From: Fonticula alba ATCC 38817 | Lineage: Eukaryota; Protista; Nucleariida | NCBI GenBank assembly: GCA_000388065.2 | Contig: KB932204.1 | Direction: 5' to 3' (one strand) | DNA length: 64,000 nt | Shown here: in pieces, positions 1 to 10,928 of the stretch | Layout: every line of letters begins with the position of its first letter | Numbering within the stretch: position 1 is the stretch's first letter | The notes under the pieces: generated by a model | Told to the model about the DNA's origin: nothing | The model's input: only the letters and a program-made list of their open reading frames with translations | Database searches by the model: none | Position numbers and translations under genes: made by a program

Positions 1-1919
1 AAGCTGAATGGCCTGCTGATGCGGCATTACTTGGATGTGCTGCTGACTTCGCAGCCATACAAGGAGAAGCCGCTCAAGAGCAGCGGCATCAACATGAAGT
101 TCGAGCGGGAGGCTACCCATGCTCCGGCTTCGGCGACCCTGCTTTTGCGGACCATGTTTGAGGCCCGCGGTCGGGAGATTCGCGCGGTGTCGCGCGAGCA
201 GGCGGCCCCCCTGGTGGCTGGGCTGCTCATTCGCATTGGGTCTACCATGGACCTGGTGCAGGGGAGCTGCTTCGGCCGCGACCTGAACGCGGATACCATC
301 AATGCTCTGGTGGCTCTGTTCGAGTGTCTGCGCGATTCGGTGCTGGATTCCGAAGAGGCCGAGGAGGATCCCGCGGTGCAGGTCCTTCGCGTGGTGGCCG
401 AGGTTCGCGACTCCCTGGGGTCCAAGGATGTGGCCGTGTACACGGAGGCCCTGACGGCCATTGCTCGGACGCTGTTCCTGGCGTACGCCACGAGCCCGCT
501 GCCGGAGGACAATGATCTGGTGGCGCAGCTGGCTCGGGAATTCGCGCCCTTCCTCTCGCGCAATTTCGACCTCCAGCGCATCGCCGCGTCGGCCATCTTT
601 GCGGCCTTCATCGGGGTGTGCCATGATGGGGCCTCTGCCGGGGGCTCGGTCGCCGGGGCCAGCTCGGCCACCATTGACATGGACGGCTCGGGCGCCAGTG
701 AGGCTGGTCTGGCGGCGGCTGCCAAGGCGGCCAAGGCTGCCAAGGCGGCGGCTGCTGCCTCGGCCGCGGCGGCTGCCTCCGGCGGACCTTCGCCCATGGA
801 TGAGCTGCTCGGGGTCCTGATCAATGCGCTACTGGCCCGGCAGGCGGATCACCATCCCAGTGTGCGTGTCCTGGTCCTTCGTGGCCTGGGCAATGTGGCG
901 GAATGCGGCGCGCGCAGTGTCAACACCTATGCCACGACCCTGCTGTCGGCCCTGCTGGCTGGTCTGGACGACCCGGTCAAGCAGACCACCTCCAGCATGA
1001 GCAGCTCCGAGAAGAAGGAGGCCGAGGAGGCCGGGCTACTGATGACCATGAGCGCCATGGAGGGCCTGCGGCAGGTGCTGTCCGTGGTGGACTCCACCTA
1101 CTTCATTCCCATGCTGGTGAATGTGTGCAACCGGCTGCGGCCCTTCTTCGAGAATCCGACGGACCACGTGCGGGCCGCGTCCATCGAGCTGTTCGGTGTA
1201 CTCGGACGCTTTGGTGCCGAGGATAGCCTCTGCTGCAGCATCTTCCTGGCGCAGATCCACATGAACATGATGGCCATGTATCTGCACCTGAGCGATGAGA
1301 GTCCGGAGGTGGTTGCGGCCACCAAGCGCACTCTTGTGAAGTTTGCCCCGCTGCTGCCGGCCGCACCGGTGACCGAGTTCTTCGAGGCGGCCCTGGATGA
1401 GTCGAAGCCGCTGCAGGTGGGCGAGTTCACCCACAAGTTCACCTCGCTGCTGGTACGTCAAAAGAGAGCCAGTCCCTGGGCGGGGGGTTTGCTTGTGTCA
1501 TTCGACACATGTTCCCATTGGGCGGGCGCCATCATGTTTGCCTTTTTTTTTCCTCCCCCTCTTTCTTTCACTCTCCGTCTTCTAACCAGGGCCTTCTTCC
1601 GTGCAACCCCCCCCCCCCTCCCCCTCCCCCACGCACACCATGTACGCTCGTGTCTCAGATCAAGCACTTCCCCACCCACATCAACTCCTACTTGAACGAC
1701 ATCACAAACGCCATGCGCAGCAAGTGGGCCTGGCAGCGCGCTCATGCGGCTCTGTTTGCCGGGTACCTGCTGGGGCAGCTGGCCACCTTCTCGGCGGACC
1801 TGCGCGCCGGGATCAGTGTCGACCATGTTTGCACTGCGCTGGACCACCTGATGAAGGACGATTCGGCTCCGGTCCGTGCCAAGTGCGCTGAGGCCATCTC
1901 CCTGCTTTATGAGTATTGA
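1..1919 (+). CDS. MROH1: Maestro heat-like repeat protein (MROH1/HEATR7A-like), 3' part; 5' end lies outside the window
   Basis: Frame open from base 1 with HEAT repeats (VRVLVLRGLGNV, VRAASIELFGVLGRF). Phase-0 intron 1453-1658 (GTACGT...CAG) joins a last exon ending ...ALDHLMKDDSAPVRAKCAEAISLLYEY*, which resembles the MROH1 C-terminus. Confidence 0.8.
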
Positions 1920-2550
1920 GGGATGTGCCATGTGGCGCATTTTTCCGTGCACCCAGTGCCCATGCGAGGGCGGGGGGCCACGCATTTCCTCTCCCCTCCC
2001 TCCATATTTTCGTGTCCATCCTCCCGTCATGGGGTCCCGCGACCTTCATGTTTGCGCGTTCCCCCCACACCCAAATACACCTTGTGACCTACCGGAAACA
2101 TGTGTGGCCACCCACTGGGCAGCCTCCTCGCGCCCACAAAGCAGGAAGTCCCCAGAGGGATGGCAAAGCTGTGAACAAGACGAGCAAGATTGGTCTTTGT
2201 ATTACACCATGGCGATGGAGGGGGAGAGAGACATGCGTGAGGGCGCGGTGGAACTACTCGCGCTGGCGCGGCTCCCTCCTTCGTCCAAGCACCACCCGGG
2301 CAGCAGGGGGGGGGGGGGGGGGATGAAGTTGAGGCCAAGTAGCATTGTCGCGCATGGCCATGTGCTTTCCTCCTTTCTGGTGTACTCCGCCAGGGAGTGC
2401 ACCCGCTGGCCGGCCGGCCGGCCTGAAGAGGGGGGGGGGGGGTTGAGGGCGGGGCATCTACTTCACAAGTACAGGGAGGGGGAATCGGCTTTGTTTTTTT
2501 TTTGCTTGTTTTTTTTCTCCCCTCAAAAGAGGAGAGAGGCCAACATCCGA

Positions 2551-3418
2551 TCAGTAGCCATCGTCCCCGAGGTCGCGCGAGCGGAAGATCGAGCTACGCA
2601 GGGCATCGCTGGCGGTGGCACCGCCGCGAGTCGACGACCGGGGAGCCTCCTCCATGTCACTCTCAACGGCACGGGCCTGCTTCAGCATCCACTCCATCTC
2701 ATCGACAGTGCGGTTGAGGCCACCGAGGGCCGCGGCACCGACCCACTGGCGGATGGGCTTACCACTGAGGTAGACCATGAGGGTGGGGCACCGGTCGTCC
2801 GGGTAGCCCGGCACCAGGAGAGACCCAATGCCACGGACGAACTTGGTGGCCGGGAACTTCTGAGCCAGCTGAACCAGGTGAGCCGAGGCCAGGCGACAGG
2901 CGGTGGATCCCTGGGCCGTGGTCATCAGCACGACCACCGGCACCCCGGCCGGGGCGTTGGTCACCTCGTTGACGTAGTCCGTCTGGGAGATGTCTTGGAT
3001 GGACCCGTAGCGCGAACGCTGGGCGAGCTCACGCATCTCGGCGATGCGCTTCTGACTGTGAAGGAGGGTGATCGATGGGGAAAGGGCAAATGTGCATGGA
3101 TGCATCCGTGTCAATAGAGGTGGTGTGGAGCTGGATCCGTGTGCGTGTGCATGTGTTTTTCGCATGGCGTGCGACATCTACGCACCGGAACTCCATCAGG
3201 AGAGTCTCCTCAAAGTCATCCTCGACCTCATCCAGCTCATCGAGATTCATGCGCTCCAGACGGGCGGTACCGTCAGCGTGGCGGGCAATGGTGTGGTCCA
3301 GGAGCGCCTCGATGGCGTCCTCGGAAACCTCGAGCTCACCAGCCGAACGCTTGGGGGGGATGATGCCACGCGCACGGAGGATGTCATTGAACTCGGTGTC
3401 CTCGTCGTGGTTGTTCAT
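2551..3418 (-). CDS. PDCL3: Phosducin-like protein 2/3 (PhLP2/Plp2, CCT co-chaperone), 245 aa, 2 exons
   Basis: N-terminal DTEFNDILRARGIIPPK motif and a thioredoxin-like domain (LAQKFPATKFVR, YPDDRCPTLMVY). Exons 3418-3186 and 3055-2551; the GTGCGT...CAG intron restores frame. Confidence 0.92.
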
Positions 3419-4878
3419 GATGACCTGGGGGGGGGGGGGAAGGTTGGGTGTGCTTCTTCTTTCTCGGTCTTCTCGAGATGACGGNNNNNNNNNNNNNNNN
3501 NNNNNNNNNNNNNNNNNNNNNNNNNNNNNNNNNNNNNNNNNNNNNNNNNNNGGGGGGGGGGGGGGGGGGAGAAGTCAGAGCAATTGGCGCTGGCTGTGTC
3601 CGAGAAGAAGGTGCACGGCCGCAATGGACCTGCTCGGGGCCCGGTGCGATTTCACCGGGGGGGGGGGGATCCGTTTGCCGGTCGCGCACCCGTGTATGAT
3701 CCCTCCGCCCGAGGCGGGAAGCACTCATGCCCCCGAGGAGGGGGTGTTTCGGCAGGCCTGCTCGTGGTTCAGACCAACAACAGGGGCTCCGGCATCCGTC
3801 TGCAGTTGGTCCAAAGCCACGACGCTCTCCCCTTTGCCTTCAGCGGAGACAAGGGGAAAACCCCGCCCGGACTCTCTCCCAGCCCCCGCCTCCGCCCCCC
3901 TGCCTCGGAGTCATGGGCGTGCTCCGGTCGCAGCGTGCACCCAACGGCACAACGGGAGATGGGGACCCGGAAGGAAGGAAGGAGAACATCCAGGACCAGC
4001 CCCGAGGACTGGCCAATCTCGTTGATCTCTCTTCGGAGAATGCAATGGTGTTTTGTGTTTGGAATTCGACCCAACATAGCTGCATTCCACAGCGTAGCCC
4101 GGCGCTTGTCGGTGCCCCCTCGCTCGCTGGGCCGAAGATGCCCCCTTTTGTGTGGCGCCTTTTTCTACGGTCACACACAATACCCACGCACATGGCATGG
4201 CCCCTCCCCTCCTACGCGCCCTGCTATGTGGTCTGAGGTGCGGAGCAGGCAGAAGGGGGGTAGCCTCATCGGGAGGTCGGGACCGAGGACCAAGATCCGG
4301 GTCCGATTGGTGACCTCTCGCGCCAAAACAAACAGCAGGATCCGTGCGCAGCGCACTGGTCGCGCTGCTCCTCCCCTCCAGGGTCAGGGCTTGCGATTGC
4401 GACTGCACCTAGCATCGCCTCGCCTCGCCTCGCCTCCCCACTGGCACCCCTTGCGCGCTGTCTCGCCGTCTCCTGGTCGGGATATGTTCAGGTATATTTT
4501 TGGGGGAAGAGAAAAGTGGCGCACGGCTAGGGGAGAGCGCACAGTAGACTGGCACTGCGCGCTGCGGCCGACGTGTAGCATGTGGATCTGGGCACGCAGT
4601 GGGACAACAGGGGGCAGAGCTTCACTTGAGCGACGCGACGACAACATATGCACCAAACAGAAGTCCCGATATGTGCGTACGTATGTACGTGCGCGCGCGC
4701 GCGTGTGTGTGTGTGTGTGTGTGGTTTGGTGGGGAAAGGGGGAAGGAAAAGGCAAGGGGCTGCCAAGGAGGGATCCTCCCCCGCGCCGCTGCTACCTTCC
4801 TGATGTGTGTGTGTGGGGGGGGGGGAGGGCATATGCACGTGCGCGGGATGACACGCGAGGAGGGGTATAGTCGGCTAA

Positions 4879-6168
4879 TTACTTGCCACCAATCTGAGAG
4901 CCGACCTTGTAGAGGGCGATCTTCTCCCAGTCCACGCGGTTACGAGTAATGGGGAGGGCACGACGCAGGGCCTTGAAGGTGGTGTCACCCAGCTGAGAGT
5001 GGGACTGGTTGAGACCCTGCTGGAAGGCCTGCTCGGCGGCAAGGATGGCCTTGACCACAGCGGAGGCGTTCTGTGGGCACGGCCGGGGGGGAAGGGGGGG
5101 GGGGAGGGGGTAGTGGATGGGTGGGCAGCCGAGCGGGCAGGCGGAGGGAGAGAGGACAAAAGTAGCATGATAAACAGCGAATGTTAGAGCGGCAGAAATG
5201 GGGGGGGGGGGGGGGGAGGGCATGGTGGTGGTGGCGGGGGAATGCACTCGACACGTACCTTGGCATCAGCAACATGGACGTCGGCCTTCTTCTTGGTCTG
5301 GAGCTGGACGTTGCCATCCTCGTAGTAGTGGACATGGGCACGCATCTCACCCTTGAGGGAGGAGCCGCTCAGAATCCACTCCGAGCGCCAGCGGCCGTTC
5401 CAGAAGTTGCGCGGGCTGTAGCGATCGCTGGCGAAGCAGATGGCCGCACCATCGCCATGGGGGAAGACAGAGACGGTGGCATGGCCATCCGGGTAGTACT
5501 CGTTGAGGTAGTCCTTGGCGGCACGCTCAAGCTCAGCGAGGAAGCCGGAAATCGGGGCATGAGAGCCGGAGCCAGCGGAAACCTCCTGCAAGAAGGAAAT
5601 GGGCGAGGGGAAGGGAGCACACGGAGGCGGGCGAAATAGGGGGGGGNNNNNNNNNNNNNNNNNNNNNNNNNNNNNNNNNNGAGGGGGGAAGAGTGGGAGG
5701 AAGGCAGGAAGAAGGGACAGAAAGCAGGAGCGGCAAACCAAACGCACATGGGTGAAGTGGTCAAAGGCGAAGGTGGCACCGGTGGTGCTGTCGTAGAAGA
5801 CGTTGTCACCCTCGACGACGTTGAAGCGCGTGACGAGGGACTGAATCCGGGAAATGGGCGGAAGAGACCCATGTCAGTGGGCACCGATGGTGGTGGGGGA
5901 GGGAGTGCGACAGAAAAAAAAAAAGGCCGAGGAGGAGGGCAAAGGGCGAACGGGGCTGAGGGCAGCTGCTACAAACCTTGGCACCAGAGGGGAGGGTGAC
6001 CTGGGTCATCTGGGAGATGTTGTAGGTGGACATGGCCTGGGCAGTGGAGTTGCGCAGGTGGTTGTCATCGTTGACGAGGTGGCGCAGATCGTTGTAGACC
6101 TCATGCAGGCCACCGGGGGGAGCCTGCTGAATGAAGTCGGAGGCGATCTCCATGGTGTGGTGGGACAT
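4879..6168 (-). CDS. CAPZA: F-actin capping protein alpha subunit, 267 aa, 4 exons
   Basis: Exons 6168-5977, 5840-5748, 5585-5259 and 5070-4879, all phase 0. Hallmark motifs FIQQAPPGGLHEVYNDLR, NFWNGRWRSEW, VHYYEDGNVQL and DTTFKALRRALPITRNRVDW. Confidence 0.97.
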
Positions 6169-7063
6169 GATTCTGCCGGGGGAGAGGGGGCGGTGGAGGA
6201 AAGGAAGGAGGCAGTGAGAGCCGGAATAGTGGTCAGTAACCAACGGGACTCGGGTGGTCCGACAGGCAACAAGGACCAAACACGGGTCAGAGGCATATCC
6301 TCCGAAGAGAGGAAGCGGGGGCGCGGAGGGCGGAAGGGAGTGTCGGAGAGGGAACAAAGCAGCACCCCGGGAAAGCAACACCACCATGCAGCATGTTGAA
6401 GGCCACCCGGTAGCTGAGGTAGGAGGGGAGCACAGGCGATGGGGCTCTTTGGGGCAAAGACAGGAGAATGGGGGGGGGGAGGAGGAGGAATGCAAGGGGC
6501 GGCGGGAGAGGGAGGGAATGCAGGCGAAATGGGAGGAGGGGCGGGGCGGGACGGTACAATCGAGGGGCCGTGTGGGGAGGGGCGAGGGGATCAGCCAGGG
6601 GGGGAGTGGGGTGGGGGGAAAAGGACAAAGGGTGCGACGGAGAAGGAGGCACACTAAGTTCTGTAAGGCGCGCCGCCAGGGGGACGCGGCACGGGGGCGG
6701 GGCATCTCTTCAAGCTCGGCCCCGCCCTTTGGGAGGGAAGAAGACCCATAACCAAGCCTGGCTCGAAGGGGCCCCCCCCCCCCCGCCCCCCCGCCCCAGC
6801 GTCTCCCCAGCACCCTTGCTGGAGGACAAGAGGGCGGTCGTGGGGCGTTGATTCGGAGAAGGGGGAAGGAATGCACACAGCAGAGGAGAGTGCCCCCGGC
6901 GGTGGCTGCGCCCCGGTCTTTGTGCCCCAGCGGAGGAGAGCCCCGCCCGCCATTGCTGGCGCCCCCCCCCCCCCCCCGCGGGAAGGGGGGGGGCGGGGCG
7001 TCGAGAAGGGGCAGCCGGGNNNNNNNNNNNNNNNNNNNNNNNNNNNNNNNNNNNNNNNNNNNN

Positions 7064-7116
<53 letters not shown>

Positions 7117-8260
7117 CGAAGAAGCTGGTCCCCTCCCGCATAGAGCTGCACACGCAAAAGGGCCAAGCAGCAGAGTAACACATAGTCCCTGATGCGAATG
7201 ATCGCCTAGCCTCCGCCAGACACGAGGAGCCCCCGACAGAGTACGCGACAACACAGCGACGCCGGGCGGGTGGGGGACATCTCCCCGGAGAGCCACATCG
7301 GAGAGTGGCCGAGGGGGCAAGCGAAAACAAACGCGCGAGCACAAACTAGAGTCCCGCCCAAACTAGTTGCCGGTGTGGCCGGTGGCGGGCTGTGTGGCTG
7401 GGGCCCAGCCTCGCCAGACCCGGGGTGTGGTTGCCTCCCGCCGAATAATCCACTTGTATATAAAAAGGTTATATTACTCGGTGCCCCTCCCCCCTTTCCC
7501 GCGAGCGGTTGGCTCTCTGTCGTTGTTGGTTTTCTCTCGGGAACCGGAGAAAGAGCGGATCCTTGCGGCCGACAAGGTGGTCCGTGGCTGCCGCGCATAA
7601 ACGAGTGCACGTCGCACATACCCCCCCGGCCCTCCGCCTCTAATATAGGGGTGTCGCATTTTTCTTTGTTGCCCATTGCGACGCACCCCCCCCCCCCTGC
7701 ACCTTCTCGGGTGCTTGAATCGACTTCCCAGATTCGTGGGTCTGGCAAAAGGCCCACCGCCTCCGGGACTTCCGATGCTCTTGTCTCGTTCCGTGCTTGG
7801 CTCTCCCCATGTCTGCTGGTATGTGGGCCCCGACTGGCGACGCGGCAGGGCGGTCCGGGCTCGCCCCCCCCCCCCCCCCCCCCGCCCCCCCGCTCTCCCT
7901 ACCGGGCTGACCTGCTACCACGCCCAGGGGCGCGGCCCAGTCAGGATCCCGGGCAAGAACATAAACCGGCATTCGCAAGAATCACATGCGCGGATCACAC
8001 CGCGTGGAATCACACCCGCGCGTAGCTATTCCTGAATATTCCCCGGGCTGGGAATTTGCGGAACGCGATGGGCTCTTTTTTCGAGCTCATTTGTCCACGC
8101 CCCTCTCTGCGGACAGTCAGAGGTCACCATAATGCGCTCTCTTTCTTCCCTCCTCTCTCGTCGTCCCCCTTCGCAGTTCCTCTGCCCCGAAGCGTGGTTA
8201 CCTCCGGGGAATCTATTTTCGCCAAAAGGGGTGAAAGCGCGAGGTGGAGCTATTTGGCGT

Positions 8261-10374
8261 TCAGGCGACGCGTGACTGTTGGGCCGAGGGCGGGGGAGCC
8301 ACCAGCGGCATCAGAGAGTCCGGGTCAAAGCCGAAAGTCGTCAAGTCCTTGCGGGTCTCCTCCGGGTCGGAAAGGGTCTGATTCAGGTAAAACTGGAGGA
8401 ATCCCTCAAGTGGAAGACCGATGCTAGAAGCCCCACCGGCCGGCCGGCCGCGGGCCATCGGGACGCGGGAGCCAGAGCGACCAGCAGCAGGACCACTGCC
8501 GGTGGCCAGGGGTCGGCCATACTGCCGGAGGAGGGCCTGGCACATCATGGACAGATCGCGACTGGAAACTGGGGAGGTGCTGGCTCCGGCGGCAGTAGCC
8601 GTGCGGACGAGCGTCGAGAGCTCCATGACATCAAGGAAACCGTCGCGGTTGCGATCAAATCGCCGGAAAATGGCCTCCATGACGCCCTGCAGCATGGGAG
8701 AAAAGGTGGTCCCCGAAGCATCGAGCCAGGGAGCTGTCACAAACAATGTGTCAATGAGTGGGCTCGCACGTGTGGGGTGGGAGAGAGAGAGGCGAGACTT
8801 GGTGTATGTGCATATGTGCGTACCATCACCCGAGCCGGGTCGCGAGCAACGGTAAAGGCGGTTGCGTGCCCGGAGCGACCGGATGTCATCCACCAGGGCA
8901 CTGCCCATGGCAGGAGGCGTAGCGTTAGAGCTGGAGGCAGCCATTCCGGTGGTGGGCTCTTCATCCTCAAGCAGCCCAACCGCCTCAGCGACAGCCAGGG
9001 CGATACCGATGATCGCCTCGGCCGAGTCGTAGGCGGTGGCCATAAAGCAGATGTATGCGAGTCCATAGAGGGCAGGAATGTGATTCGGGTAGAGATCTAG
9101 TCATGCGTGGGTGCGTATGAGAGAGAGAGAGAGGGAGGGAGGGAGGGAGGGGAGGGAGAACGTGTGAGCGTCAGTGTGAAGGGACACCATGGATTTTTGG
9201 TTCATTGAGGGGGTCAGGGACGCGATATCTCCAGGAGGTCACGAACCAATGATGTGTAGGAGGTTCTCCGCGGCGGGCACGAGCTTTTGAATGCCTGCAG
9301 GAGAGCCAGCCTCGGCAGGATCGGCATCATCATCGGCCACGCTGGTGTGAAATTGGCGTGAGTTGTCGGGAAGAAGGTGCAAACTACCTGAAAGAGCGGA
9401 TGACGAGGGACCGGTCGACAGAGGAAGGCACACGTACGCTTCAAGCAGGGTTTGCGTGGCATTGAAAAGGTCGCAAACCTCCTGGTCGTAATTCCACCAG
9501 ATCTGCGGGAGCTTGTCCTCCGGGAGCATGGCCCCATCGTGATCGACCTCCTCCCGCAGGTGTTGGGTGTATTGTTGGAAGGCCCGCCGGCGGCGACCGG
9601 CCTCGTCAGTCACACGGCGGCGATACTCCTCAAGCCAAGAGGCCGGCTCCGGTCGCGGATTGACTGGGATCGGCGGATCTGGAGACGAGATGAATCGCGC
9701 ATGGGTCAGTATGAAGGGAGGGAGGGGAGGGGGGGGGGGGGCGGATAGAAGGCGGAGACGGGCATCACCACTTGGCGGGGCTCAACATACCAAGGTTACG
9801 CGAGGCCTCATCAAGCATCTCGAGCTCATCCTCGTCGCTGGAGCTGTGGTCATCATCGTCCTCGTCGTCCTCGCTATCCTCGTCGCTCTCGGCCATGTCC
9901 GAGGGGTCGGGATGGGCGTTTCCGGCAGCATCCCCAGTGGCATCATCGGCCAGGGAGATGGTTGCCGCGGCCGAGGTCACATCGGCCATGTCCTGGTCTT
10001 CATCCTGAGCCGGGTCCGGGAGGCCGGAGCGCAGGATGGACACCAGCTCGGACACGCTGCCAAAGGTCCCGTGGCAGATTTGGCGCCAGATTTCATTGGA
10101 GACAGACATCTGCTCCGGAGACAGGGGAGGCAGCGACGAGGTGTCCAGGCGAGCGACCTCTTCGGTAGATCCGGCAAAGATGAACCGGTGCATCTCGCGG
10201 CTGGTCTGCGCGTGGTGGGGAGTCAGACATGATCCGGGACGGGGCTTGGCAGCGGCACGAAGCCAGTACAAGGTCACGTACCTTGGAGAGAGCCAGAATA
10301 TCGGCCACCGGGTCCTCCAGGTGCGAGATGATCGCCGCCCAGGCGCCGGTTGGCAGGAGGGTGAGAGGGTGCAT
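8261..10374 (-). CDS. F-box / TPR-like / EF-hand protein of unknown function, 5-6 exons
   Basis: Exon 10374-10282 plus exon from 10205 gives an F-box (LTLLPTGAWAAIISHLEDPVADILALSK-TSREMHRFI). It is followed by an acidic tract, a TPR-like segment across the 9246/9096 junction (IIDLYPNHIPALYGLAYICF) and an EF-hand (AIFRRFDRNRDGFLDVMEL). The small intron at 9437 is uncertain. Confidence 0.7.
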
Positions 10375-10771
10375 GGCGCGGCAGGGAGGGGGGGGGGGGG
10401 GGGGTGCAAGTGTGTGTGTGTGTGCGTGTGTGAGGAGAGGAGTGCATATTGAGGAGAGGCTGGCAGTGGCCTCGCGTCGGGCTCGCTCTTCTGCCTCTCC
10501 GCGCCCCTCGTCGGTTCCTGCCGGCTTCCAGGGCGTGGGTGGGGGTCGCCCCCTCCCCCGGCCAGCCGCCTGGGCATGCAGTGTGTGTGCGTGCGCGAAA
10601 AAGAGGGAGGAAAGAAGAGCCGCATGTGCCGCGTGCGGGGGCAGATCGCGCATGGCCCGATCTGCCAACTCAAGGCTATTCTGAGGGCGGCAAAAGATAT
10701 CGCGCCTGGTGGGGAATAAGCCCCCAAAGTTAATCCCACCTTCGTGGTTGCCGAACGAAGGATCTTTTTTT

Positions 10772-10928
10772 AACGTACCTACGACTTCCACTCGGTGATC
10801 AACAAGGCCTGGTGGACGGGAGTTAGTACACACATAGCACTCCGTTGTCTGCTAACACCCGCGTCACTCTATCCAGGGTGCCGGGTCGCATATTTTTGGT
10901 GGTTGGGAGTAGACTCGTCTACTCCCGC
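10772..10928 (+). ncRNA. RNU1: U1 spliceosomal snRNA with variant 5' arm (ACGUACCU)
   Basis: 5' arm aACGTACCTa at 10772-10781. Helix H pairs 10782-10787 with 10883-10888. SL I (10787-10816) has the 10-nt loop GATCAACAAG (canonical U1-70K loop GAUCACGAAG). SL II (10818-10860) has the loop ATAGCACTCC (canonical U1A loop AUUGCACUCC). SL III at ~10862-10882. Sm site ATATTTTTGG at 10890-10899. SL IV is GGGAGTAGAC/GTCTACTCCC at 10905-10926. Length ~157 nt. Confidence 0.9.

Noticed and set aside
6654-7342. Short minus-strand ORF with a mitochondrial-presequence-like start (MLARLFSLAPS...) and an upstream AT-rich TATA-like patch
   Set aside because: It is interrupted by poly-C and an N-gap, has no recognisable domain and gives no consistent splice path.
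10643-10658. AGATCGCGCATGGCCC resembles U6 (AGAUUAGCAUGGCCC)
   Set aside because: There is no ACAGAGA box upstream and no U6 internal stem-loop downstream.
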